IMG/VR virus record: IMGVR_UViG_3300049857_000028
Location: 7,023 to 71,022 of that record
Direction: 5' to 3' (one strand)
DNA: 64,000 bases
Source: a virus
Lineage: Duplodnaviria; Caudoviricetes
Shown here: positions 26,287-35,554 of the stretch, one piece after another
Numbering within the stretch: the first letter of the stretch is position 1
Layout of the letters: every line of letters starts with the position of its first letter
Position numbers and translations under genes: made by a program
Notes under the pieces: generated by a model
Seen by the model: only the letters and a program-made list of their open reading frames with translations
The model's database searches: none
Told to the model about the DNA's origin: nothing

Positions 26287-27117
26287 ATGCCCGGTACTCT
26301 GATCCACATCAGCAAATAATATTGTATCTAAATAAAGCTCATAATCCTGAACCTCTTCATTTGTAGTCCCCCCAAAGAGGTCTTGTGCTACGGTAATTTG
26401 TGTAAGAGGAAGCTCTGAAATATCGATGTAAGCTAAAAGCTGTTGATCGTTAATAAGAATAGATGTTCTTAAGTCATACACATCGACCGATTTATAGTCT
26501 ACCGCATTCGAATCTTGAGGTTCGATTACTACTGGTAAAATCTGTTTCCAGCGTAGGAGGTATTTTAAATCCTTAATATGAACCTTCCCGTCAAAAGCTG
26601 CTTTATACTCCGCTACTGTCATTTGTTGTTGTTTTGGTACGGGGATAGATGTCTCCCGTCTTAAATCACGATTAAATTTAACCTCAGGGTCAACCGGAAG
26701 AAAGACTAATTTTAAATAAGGAACTGAACGGCACGGTTCTAACGGTTGAACAACCGTATTTGATATATCCATTTTAACAACTTGGGTCGTTGTCTGAGCG
26801 TTTACAACCGTTTTATTTGCCCCTGCTTGAAATGGACTACCCCCTCCACCAAAAGAAGATGCTCCAGTTCTAATAGCACCTGTAGGATCAGGCAAAAAGG
26901 AGTCTATAGAGATGCCTCCGGTTAAAACGGTTGTATCGATTCCAGCATTAAATAAAGGAGTTCCTCCTAAAGTTTCCGATCCATCTATGTTAGCTGGAAT
27001 ACCCGTATTACCGGCATCAGTAGCATACGTTTGAACATAGCCCTGAAGAACAGGCCCTCCTGTAGTTGAAACTCCGGCTGAAAGGACATCTCCTGAATCC
27101 GATATTCCATCTGGCAT
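26242..27117 (-). CDS. Putative tail-associated protein
   Basis: End of the TAATG-coupled tail operon; Gly/Thr-rich N-terminus. Confidence 0.55.
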   Translation of the reverse strand: MPDGISDSGDVLSAGVSTTGGPVLQGYVQTYATDAGNTGIPANIDGSETLGGTPLFNAGIDTTVLTGGISIDSFLPDPTGAIRTGASSFGGGGSPFQAGANKTVVNAQTTTQVVKMDISNTVVQPLEPCRSVPYLKLVFLPVDPEVKFNRDLRRETSIPVPKQQQMTVAEYKAAFDGKVHIKDLKYLLRWKQILPVVIEPQDSNAVDYKSVDVYDLRTSILINDQQLLAYIDISELPLTQITVAQDLFGGTTNEEVQDYELYLDTILFADVDQSTGHLVGKDPVDAGIFTA

Positions 27118-28586
27118 TATGTTTTAAGCTCCATAACATTAGCTAAAGTTTTATTTGCTGTATTATATAAATGAATTTCAATAGAGTTATCTTGGTTAGT
27201 TGTAGCAGGGAAGCTATCCCCGAATTCTCCTACTGTTTTCATATCCTCTAGAGTAAATGAATTATCAGGTTGTCTTTTTAAACGAATAATTGTTGCTTGA
27301 ACATTCTGAACCGATCCATCTCTCAAAAGAACTTTGTGTGACGATGGTACATCTTTCACATTTGTAATCGGGGAATTTAAAACTAAAGACTCACCGGTAA
27401 TTGCTTCCTTGACTCGAATACTATGAATTAAAGATTCAGATCCGATAGGAAGCACAATGCTCATTCCACCGGTTGGAGCTGTAGCATCTACAATGGTGCT
27501 TACTAAAACCCCATTCAAATACATATTAACATTGTTACCTGAAACGTTAATTCTCATTTTAGCTGGAATTGTTTTAATACTTGCTACGGGGGAACCTAAA
27601 GCTGACCATCCAGTTCCATCGTTATAGTTTAAAATTTGATTATCTGTAACACTGTTATCATTATCTAAACTGAATGTACGAGAAGCATTACCATCCCCAC
27701 GCCATTCGATACCAATAAACTTAGATTGATCAGCAGCTCCAGCATCGAGGAATCGGAACTCAATTTCAATATCAGCATTACTAGGTACATTAAAACCAAG
27801 TCTTGATACCATTCCATCATCAACACGTTTAATTCCAGTCGTCTCATTTGACCACGTTCCATTTGTTAACGCTAAATTGCTTGATAATTGATTTGCGTAG
27901 AAGTAATAAACATTCTTTAGATCTCTAAAAGTCTCCTCAAAGAAATCTGAATTTTGTATAGTAGAATATAATCTATAATCTGAGACTGTCCCGCCATTAT
28001 TTAAACCACGTTGCAGTTTAAATCTAAGAGTACATGTTGCTGTATTTGGATTGATTACCTCCAAATCAATTTCACGCTCCGCTTCATTTGCAGGGGCATA
28101 GGTTAATCTAAGCTGGTCTCCATATTCATCAGATTCACCAGCAGTAACCATTGCAGCGTGATCAATAATATAATCAACCGTACTATAGATTGGATAAGGA
28201 GACCCGCTCCCGTTTGTTACATCAAAGATTCTATATAAGCCGTAGTTCACATTATTAGGTACTCTGTACCGTATGAACTTATAAGCCTGAAGACCAAAGG
28301 CCATATTTATTCTCCCATTTACTAGCCAATTAAAAGTTTTATACTGAGAAATGATCCCGCCGACTTTCCAACTGCATTGTCGAGTTCTTGCAACGGTTCC
28401 ACCAATTTTCCAACTATATTGTTTTGTATTTGCTACAGTCCCGCCGACTAACCAACTAAAATCTTTTGTTTGAACAACAACTGGAGCTAACTGTAAACCA
28501 TAACCAATGTATTCACCTTTAAGAAACCTTTCGTTTGAAAAGTTCTTTAAAAGCTCCCCTTTATAAAATTTCCAATCTGCTGCCAT
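27117..28586 (-). CDS. Putative tail protein with W-repeats and a lectin/concanavalin-like C-terminal region
   Basis: 14-aa SWxxGG repeats, beta-rich sequence, position in the tail operon. Confidence 0.6.
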   Translation of the reverse strand: MAADWKFYKGELLKNFSNERFLKGEYIGYGLQLAPVVVQTKDFSWLVGGTVANTKQYSWKIGGTVARTRQCSWKVGGIISQYKTFNWLVNGRINMAFGLQAYKFIRYRVPNNVNYGLYRIFDVTNGSGSPYPIYSTVDYIIDHAAMVTAGESDEYGDQLRLTYAPANEAEREIDLEVINPNTATCTLRFKLQRGLNNGGTVSDYRLYSTIQNSDFFEETFRDLKNVYYFYANQLSSNLALTNGTWSNETTGIKRVDDGMVSRLGFNVPSNADIEIEFRFLDAGAADQSKFIGIEWRGDGNASRTFSLDNDNSVTDNQILNYNDGTGWSALGSPVASIKTIPAKMRINVSGNNVNMYLNGVLVSTIVDATAPTGGMSIVLPIGSESLIHSIRVKEAITGESLVLNSPITNVKDVPSSHKVLLRDGSVQNVQATIIRLKRQPDNSFTLEDMKTVGEFGDSFPATTNQDNSIEIHLYNTANKTLANVMELKT

Positions 28587-30736
28587 TATGAAACCGTCAA
28601 ATCATCCCAATTTACTGTTACCGATTTTCCAATAGCAAAAAGTCTTAATATATAAATACCGTCTGAAGGGATTGTATAAGTTAAAGTAAAAGCTGACCAT
28701 GTACTAGCCGTTAAAGTGGTTTGTTGAGATTTAGATAAATAAGAAAATATAGAAGGATAAACTCCTTGCGTATCTGCTTGCTCTTCACTCATTAAAAACA
28801 TAGTAGGGGCATCCGCCCAAGTTGGGGAAGAGGGGTTAGTATAGATTTGTATTGTTTTACTTCCCGCTGTTAGGTAGATAGGAACATCAAAATAAATTGT
28901 CGGGGATGCGGCACTATGATCAAACTTAATTGAAGGAGAATTTGTTTTAAAAACAGAGGTATCATCCTTAACCGTACCAGAGTTAATGAAGAAATTTGTA
29001 AAAGCATTTGATACCCCATTTAATTTTGAAGTTCTAATACTCGTTCCAAACTGATTTCTAGCATTTAAACCATATACTATTCTATTAGTTTCTCCTGAAT
29101 CAAATGTTACACCATTTAGAATATGTAACATAGGAGCCCCTACAATATAGAGGGAATTTAAATTATTATTTACACGCCCATTTGTTGTTTTACCAAAAGT
29201 ACAATTGCTAAAAATATTTGCTCCCTGATCAATTTCTATTGCATACGAACTGGCTGCTCGAACGCCAAAGAAAGAGCATCCATTAAATTGGCAAGCTCTT
29301 GGATCTTCAATACCAATTTGGGAGTTATCTATATTTCCAATTCCACAATTTTTAAAAAAAGAACTTTGGGGCGTTAATAAAACGTTTCCGCCTCCCCCAT
29401 AAAAAATACAATCCTGAAAATAGCTATAGAAAACAGTGTTCATTAACCGGCTGGCTGTTCCAGAATCATTTGTTGCTGTTAAATAGCTTCGAATAAAATT
29501 GTTAGGTTTTCGTGTTCCAGCTCCCGTAATAATAGAAGTATTCGCACTGGCTGAACCGCTTTTAAACCCGCTACCTACACCATACATAAACATGCCACGA
29601 TCAGATAGGGTACTGTTGTTTATCGTTTTACAATCAAAAAGATTTGAATTATAAAGGACCATACCTTCACAACCACAATTGATAGCAGTCCAAGTATCAA
29701 ATTTAGCGTATGAAACAATGGCAGTACTAACTGTACCCCCACTTGCTCCAAAAAGAGAGGTAGAAACTCCAGTCAATCTTACATTAAAGTCATCCATTAA
29801 AAGGATGGAGCCTTTATGAAAGGCTGTAGCTGAAGATGAACCGGCTGTTAAAGTTTTTGTACCTGAGTTATACGAACTCGAAGTAGGGAATATATTCCCG
29901 GATTTCGCTACGGCATTTGCTCTCGTAACAAGAAAACTTCCTCCCGGCGTTCCGGCGGGGTACAAATCATCTTCTAAAACATAGTCTGTCCCTGATGTAT
30001 GGTCTGCTGATAATATCGAATTCACTAATTTATCTTTAGCTCTAAAGACTAAACAATTTGCTACTGTAAATGTATTCTGAACTTTATCAACTAATGTAGC
30101 TGTTTTTGTTCCCCCTACATAAGATGCGACTTGAACTAATTGAGCATATGCTGTAGTTGATGCGGAAGTATTTCTCTCAACAAGCCAGATCCAATCGTTC
30201 GCTGCAAGGGCAGGACTCATATCTCCATTTACTACAATGGTTGAAGCCCCTGCATTGGCCTGAGCTGTTATTACATCACAATAAACATCTGAGTTTGCAT
30301 GTTCCCTGTGTTTACCCCAAACATTGTAATTAACGGTTCCCGCATTAATAGTCATATTCCCTGAGGTGACTAATAAGCAGGTGTTACCCGCTTGAATAGG
30401 ATTAGTTCGAGTCCCTGCGTTAAAGTTAAAAGTTGAGGAAGCGTTTATAGTACTAATCGTAAACTTTAATCCTGTATTATTATCTTTCTTAAAAGTTAAG
30501 GTTCCATTGTTTGTTCCCGGTGCATCGCATTGGAGTAAAATAGCAGTAGCTTCTCCGCTTAGATCTGTTGTAACTGTAATAGTGTGTCCTGCTGAGATAA
30601 TAGCAGTATCTCCCGAACCGGGCCAATCAATACCTTTGGTTCCGGGAGATGCACCAGCAATGCCTACATGAGAAACAAGAGACCAGTTTGCTCCGTCTTC
30701 CCAATTTCCAGTTACTTTTGAATAAAATACTGCCAT
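28586..30736 (-). CDS. Putative tail fibre/tailspike, receptor-binding (beta-helix)
   Basis: GNWEDGANW...PGSGDTAIISAGHTITV N-terminus, then a Gly/Ser/Thr/Asn beta-helix-like region. Confidence 0.65.
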   Translation of the reverse strand: MAVFYSKVTGNWEDGANWSLVSHVGIAGASPGTKGIDWPGSGDTAIISAGHTITVTTDLSGEATAILLQCDAPGTNNGTLTFKKDNNTGLKFTISTINASSTFNFNAGTRTNPIQAGNTCLLVTSGNMTINAGTVNYNVWGKHREHANSDVYCDVITAQANAGASTIVVNGDMSPALAANDWIWLVERNTSASTTAYAQLVQVASYVGGTKTATLVDKVQNTFTVANCLVFRAKDKLVNSILSADHTSGTDYVLEDDLYPAGTPGGSFLVTRANAVAKSGNIFPTSSSYNSGTKTLTAGSSSATAFHKGSILLMDDFNVRLTGVSTSLFGASGGTVSTAIVSYAKFDTWTAINCGCEGMVLYNSNLFDCKTINNSTLSDRGMFMYGVGSGFKSGSASANTSIITGAGTRKPNNFIRSYLTATNDSGTASRLMNTVFYSYFQDCIFYGGGGNVLLTPQSSFFKNCGIGNIDNSQIGIEDPRACQFNGCSFFGVRAASSYAIEIDQGANIFSNCTFGKTTNGRVNNNLNSLYIVGAPMLHILNGVTFDSGETNRIVYGLNARNQFGTSIRTSKLNGVSNAFTNFFINSGTVKDDTSVFKTNSPSIKFDHSAASPTIYFDVPIYLTAGSKTIQIYTNPSSPTWADAPTMFLMSEEQADTQGVYPSIFSYLSKSQQTTLTASTWSAFTLTYTIPSDGIYILRLFAIGKSVTVNWDDLTVS

Positions 30737-31098
30737 TATGCTAAAGTCTCCCCGGTTAATCTTATATTTATATCTTGCGGGTTATCAGCTAATTCCGCTG
30801 TATCCGCATTGAATTTTACCCATACTGGAACCCATGTATTCGCTGGGATTGAATACCAGTGTAAACTTCCCAAGTAGTCTGTAAAGAACTGAGGTCTATC
30901 ACTAAAATCCTTTGCTATAAACCAAGATTTCCAAGCCAAAGCTGTTACAGCTTCAATTCCTATTTTGACATCCGCCAAACTTTGATCACTATAGAACCAT
31001 AGTCTTTTATTCTCTGATTCCCCTTTGGAAAAGTTCCCAATTGAAAAAGGGAAGGATATCGGAGTTTCTTTATCTGAATCAAACCAGTATATAGTCAT
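30736..31098 (-). CDS. Putative small tail protein (beta-sandwich-like)
   Basis: 120 aa, TAATG-coupled. Confidence 0.55.
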   Translation of the reverse strand: MTIYWFDSDKETPISFPFSIGNFSKGESENKRLWFYSDQSLADVKIGIEAVTALAWKSWFIAKDFSDRPQFFTDYLGSLHWYSIPANTWVPVWVKFNADTAELADNPQDINIRLTGETLA

Positions 31099-31367
31099 TA
31101 GAATATGTCTCTTAATCCTAAATTTCTCAATGTCTCTAAAGCAGCTCTAGGATCATTATAAATGATTAATTGCTTAGATGCAATTGAATCTGTTGTGGTA
31201 GATGCTGGAACATCAGAAATAGAGTTTTGAACCATCTCAGGAGGTACGTCAGGGGTTCCATAAACTAAACCGGGAGGTTGATCTGTCTGAGTACTTGATA
31301 TTGTTATGTTAAAAACACTGACTGGATCAGGTACTTGAGCTGTTACAGGATAATCTGAAGCTGCCAT
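31098..31367 (-). CDS. Putative small tail protein
   Basis: 89 aa with AGGAG RBS. Confidence 0.55.
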   Translation of the reverse strand: MAASDYPVTAQVPDPVSVFNITISSTQTDQPPGLVYGTPDVPPEMVQNSISDVPASTTTDSIASKQLIIYNDPRAALETLRNLGLRDIF

Positions 31368-31375
31368 TTTAACTC

Positions 31376-32230
31376 CTAAAATGTCTTAAAGTATTTTGAT
31401 AGTCCGATAGGGGAAACCGCTACACCGGGTCCGGGGAAATAAGGAACACTTTCTTTAGGTATATACCCAACAATTCGTGTAGTTTCATCTGCTTTCAAAA
31501 GAGCTACACAAGCTCCTTCAGGTAGTATTCCACTAATGACCCTACCATCAGTAAGCTTGATATTAACATTCAAAGGAATCCCTGAATTATTTGGGTATGT
31601 TAATGAAATTCCGTGTTCTCTAGCTTGATCATCCATACTAATAGGATCAGCCATTCCGTTATAATATCTAGCAGGATTATCAGAAATAAACCCTAAGTAT
31701 CTAATTACATAAGCGGTATTTGTAGTTGAAGCGTACTCTTGGGTAACATATACTGGAAAATTTAAAGGAGATAACGTTTCAGAAGGTCGAATAATATTAT
31801 ATTTATTGTGTTGCAAATCCATATCACTGTATAACATTTGATTGATACTAATTAAATCCTGTTTAACAGGATCATTCCATCCTACATTTATCCAAATAGA
31901 TCCAGATGTATTTTCTTCAGCAGCGCTTTGCCATACTATCTGATTAGGATTTTTAGCATTTCTTAAACGAATTATTTGTCCTGAATTAGATTCCCCGCTA
32001 TGCTTCGCCCAAAAAACTGCTTTAGGATTTCCTGTATCTGGACTTGTTGGTAGAAGCTGCCAAGAACATTGGAGTTCTAAAGTAATTGTTTTGATATTCC
32101 AAGAAAAAGTTTTCCCAACTTGAGGGTTCCCGCCAATCTTCCAGCTAACTTGTTTACTGGAATCTACTGCATAGTAAACAGGGTTTCCAAGCTGCCATGA
32201 AGATAGTAAATGATTTTCTACAGTTGTCAT
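31376..32230 (-). CDS. Putative tail protein with W-repeats
   Basis: SWQLG, SWKIGG, FSWN, CSWQ repeats. Confidence 0.55.
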   Translation of the reverse strand: MTTVENHLLSSWQLGNPVYYAVDSSKQVSWKIGGNPQVGKTFSWNIKTITLELQCSWQLLPTSPDTGNPKAVFWAKHSGESNSGQIIRLRNAKNPNQIVWQSAAEENTSGSIWINVGWNDPVKQDLISINQMLYSDMDLQHNKYNIIRPSETLSPLNFPVYVTQEYASTTNTAYVIRYLGFISDNPARYYNGMADPISMDDQAREHGISLTYPNNSGIPLNVNIKLTDGRVISGILPEGACVALLKADETTRIVGYIPKESVPYFPGPGVAVSPIGLSKYFKTF

Positions 32231-32231
32231 T

Positions 32232-33479
32232 TTAAACCTTTTTGTATAGTCTTATGTAACTTTGAGAGGCATCATCTTGAACAATTACAATTTGAGTTGT
32301 CTTATCATCCACTAATTGAGAATCTGTTCTAGAAGGGGTTGCAGGATCACTTTTAGTTGAAGATGGTTGTCTAGGTTTAGGTCTAGGAACAGGGTCATTT
32401 GTGGGATAAAAAACATCTTGTTTATCTACTAAAAAGATATCAGGTTCTCTCTGAAATATAGTATTAGTCATCAAGTCAATAACAGTAGGTTGACAGTGAC
32501 ATGGGTCATCTTCTAAATCAGCTAAAGAAGGGAAGTAAGTTTGGGGTTGTTGAATACTTGTGCCTATTTGAGAGATACCTGTAGCTATCTGAGAAGTTCC
32601 TCCTTTTAAAACATCCGGGTAATATTTAGGATTTTTTTGAAGGGAGGCTAATTTAGGTATTGCTTTAATAGCTTTAATTCCATTTGCTGATGTCGAAGGA
32701 TGAAAAGTTAATCCTCCTGATGAATTAATACTAACCGCTATAGGAGCTCCGCCTCCAGCGGGATATATAATTCGAATCTTATCTCCCGGCTGTTCTTCTA
32801 TACTGGCATCTGTTCCAATTTGTTTAGATTGGATTTCTCCTGTATTATTTATAGGAAGATCAATAATTGGAGATCCTCCTTCTCCTCCCGCTGTAGCTTG
32901 AGGTTTTAAAGGAATAGAAGGTGTTGTAGGTTGACCTGCGCTTCCACATCCACTAATTGAAGAAGGTAAACATTTTGGCCCTCCGGGACCTGCATAAATA
33001 CTAGCACAACTTGGAGATCCATTACCCGGTCCAATTGTTCCGGGAGCTCCTAAATGACCGCTAGAAGGGCATATCCCGTGACCTATTCTATATCCACCAA
33101 AAAAAGCAGTATACCTGATACCACCACAAATCATATCGATATAATGAAAATCATAGCAAGCGATTTTAGCTACCCATTCAGATGCTGTTCCCGGAGAACT
33201 CCCGCTCCCGCCTCCCCCTGTCCCAGATCTAGCAGGGGAAGGTTGGAGTGGTAGATTAACTATGCCTGTTCCATTTTTAGGATCTTGAGGAGCTGTACCT
33301 CCTCCCTCAGGTCCCGGTACATCTACACGGAGAGAAATTCCAGCAGATAAAGCCCCGTTGCTTATAGGTGCATCTGGGGCTTGCCCTGTTAGGGATGGAT
33401 CTTCTTGAAGATCGGCTGCTACTCCTATTTGCTTAGTATTAGCAGCATCACTTAATGTTGATGGGGTTTGATTTGCCAT
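32232..33479 (-). CDS. Pro/Gly-rich tail-region protein carrying Cys-rich domain A and domain B
   Basis: Shares domain A with 33831-34985 and domain B with 33479-33838. Confidence 0.65.
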   Translation of the reverse strand: MANQTPSTLSDAANTKQIGVAADLQEDPSLTGQAPDAPISNGALSAGISLRVDVPGPEGGGTAPQDPKNGTGIVNLPLQPSPARSGTGGGGSGSSPGTASEWVAKIACYDFHYIDMICGGIRYTAFFGGYRIGHGICPSSGHLGAPGTIGPGNGSPSCASIYAGPGGPKCLPSSISGCGSAGQPTTPSIPLKPQATAGGEGGSPIIDLPINNTGEIQSKQIGTDASIEEQPGDKIRIIYPAGGGAPIAVSINSSGGLTFHPSTSANGIKAIKAIPKLASLQKNPKYYPDVLKGGTSQIATGISQIGTSIQQPQTYFPSLADLEDDPCHCQPTVIDLMTNTIFQREPDIFLVDKQDVFYPTNDPVPRPKPRQPSSTKSDPATPSRTDSQLVDDKTTQIVIVQDDASQSYIRLYKKV

Positions 33480-33838
33480 TAATAATCCAATGCTGTTCTT
33501 GAGGATGAATCTTGAGCAATAACAACTTGCTGGATATTCCTGTTTAACGAATTAGTTTGTTGAATTTGTTGACTTGCAAGATTATTTGATGTAGGTGTAT
33601 TTTCTTGTCTAGGTCGTGGTCTTGTATCTGTTCTAGGATAATAAATCGTTAATTTTTCCCTATCAATAAGAATAGGGTACGGATGTATGATTGTTAAAGT
33701 ATCTGTTCTAACAACCATAGGATCACAAACACAATCCCCTCCAACAATTCCTACATTAAATAAATCAGGTTTGCCTGTTCCTTGAGTTTGGGAAGGAGTC
33801 AAAAATGTTTGTGTATTAGGGTAGAATTGATCAGCCAC
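33479..33838 (-). CDS. Tail-region protein, domain B only
   Basis: DCVCDPMVVRT...IYYP...PRPRQ aligns with the C-terminus of 32232-33479. Confidence 0.6.
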   Translation of the reverse strand: MADQFYPNTQTFLTPSQTQGTGKPDLFNVGIVGGDCVCDPMVVRTDTLTIIHPYPILIDREKLTIYYPRTDTRPRPRQENTPTSNNLASQQIQQTNSLNRNIQQVVIAQDSSSRTALDY

Positions 33839-34985
33839 CGGTAGCCCCGCCTATTGGTTGATACTCAGTATAAATACCTTCATAGTTCAATATATCTCTT
33901 TGTAGTTGTCGCTCAGTAAAAGATTCATTTGTTCCGGTAATATCTGGAGTAATATATCTCGTGATACCTACTTTCAAAGCTCCTTGATTAGGATTCGCTA
34001 CTTTCTGAACAACTGGATATTTATCGACGGTTGGTTTAGTAGGGTCAGGGGTTTGCGTTAAATTAAATATTTTATTCACCTGTTGTTGGTAAATATCAGG
34101 ACCATCATTTCTATATTCTGCAATAATTCTTTGTCTTTTATCAGGGTCATTTAATGTGGAAATTATTGCAATAGAAGTGAAAAGATCTTTCACAAAAACT
34201 CTAGCATATTCATTTTTTAAAATAGATACGCCAGCTTCCGATTCAGTTCCCATTTGATCTGATGATCTCGGCTTTAAGTAATCTATAAACATTCCAATTA
34301 CAGTTCTATTTTGAATACTGTTAATTAATTTAGTTTTTTCTGAATCATTATCTCCATCCTCTACAGTAGTATTCATTGGATAATCAATTATCTGAGGAGC
34401 TTCTTGTTCCGGGGTTGATGATGATGCAATATTTGACATAGGTTGACTGAGAGGAGTAGACGGAGTTTTTTTCTGACCTGAACTTCCACATTCCGAAACT
34501 TGTTTAGGTAAACATTTCGGCCCTCCGGGACCTGCGTAAATACTAGCACAGCTAGGTGAACCATTGCCCGGTCCAATTGTTCCGGGAGATCCTAAATGAC
34601 CGCTCGATGGGCATATCCCGTGACCTATTCTATAACCACCAAAAAAGGCTGGATATCTCATACCTCCACAAATTAAATCTATATAATGAAAATCATAGCA
34701 AGCGATTTTAGCGGTCCATTCAGATACGGAGCCGTTTGACCCTCCCCCACTCTTCGTACCAGCTCTAGCCGGTGAAGGTTGTGTTGAAAGCGTTCTTTTA
34801 CCATTTCCATTTTTTGGGTCTTGTGGTATAGGTCCTTGATCTCCATTAGGACCCGGCTTATCTGATAAATCATTTATAAACGAACTTGTAGGATCGGAAG
34901 TTCCTTCTTGAACCTTTTCCGCTGGGGCATCCAATGAAACATCATCGGAACCTACTGAAATAGAAATTCCTGCCTTCAGTACCAT
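33831..34985 (-). CDS. Tail-region protein with Cys-rich domain A
   Basis: ~80-aa near-identical Cys/His/Gly domain shared with 32232-33479. Confidence 0.65.
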   Translation of the reverse strand: MVLKAGISISVGSDDVSLDAPAEKVQEGTSDPTSSFINDLSDKPGPNGDQGPIPQDPKNGNGKRTLSTQPSPARAGTKSGGGSNGSVSEWTAKIACYDFHYIDLICGGMRYPAFFGGYRIGHGICPSSGHLGSPGTIGPGNGSPSCASIYAGPGGPKCLPKQVSECGSSGQKKTPSTPLSQPMSNIASSSTPEQEAPQIIDYPMNTTVEDGDNDSEKTKLINSIQNRTVIGMFIDYLKPRSSDQMGTESEAGVSILKNEYARVFVKDLFTSIAIISTLNDPDKRQRIIAEYRNDGPDIYQQQVNKIFNLTQTPDPTKPTVDKYPVVQKVANPNQGALKVGITRYITPDITGTNESFTERQLQRDILNYEGIYTEYQPIGGATGG

Positions 34986-35554
34986 TAGATATTATTCCCC
35001 GGCATAAATACTACGGCATCTTCTTGGCATGGCATTTTATCTAAACTATCTCCATTACTTTGTTCATTATTTGGATTATCATTCATTTCTAATTTTACAA
35101 TATCTGTCCAATCAGAGGGTACTCCAGATCGAGTAACAGTTCTCATTTGAAAGTAAATTTTCCCTTTGATAATAAGAGGGCGAATTGTTAGTTCACTTTT
35201 TAAACCCACATAATCATTTGTATCAGGATCATAAGGTTCATTTGGATCTTGCAAAACTGCTGAAGCCCCTAAAGGAGCTACTTTCTGATGGAATGTCCAT
35301 ACAATATTTTCATCTTGAAAATCCGTAGCGGCTCTTTCATCATAAGTGAATCGAGTCTCTACATATTGGATTTCAACCGGCGGAACAATTGGTTGAGGTA
35401 AACCTTTGGGGTCAAGCAGGTCATTTCTATTCGGATACTGAAAAGCAACATAAAGACCTACGGTTCCTTGGGTTTTGGAAGTAGGTTCTTGTGGAGACGC
35501 TTCGGGAGCTCCTCCTTGTGCTGATACATATCCCTGTAAAACTGTTTCTGCCAT
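34985..35554 (-). CDS. Putative tail protein (FN3/Ig-like)
   Basis: IYFQMRTVTRSGVPSDWT resembles an FN3 C-terminal strand pattern. Confidence 0.5.
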   Translation of the reverse strand: MAETVLQGYVSAQGGAPEASPQEPTSKTQGTVGLYVAFQYPNRNDLLDPKGLPQPIVPPVEIQYVETRFTYDERAATDFQDENIVWTFHQKVAPLGASAVLQDPNEPYDPDTNDYVGLKSELTIRPLIIKGKIYFQMRTVTRSGVPSDWTDIVKLEMNDNPNNEQSNGDSLDKMPCQEDAVVFMPGNNI

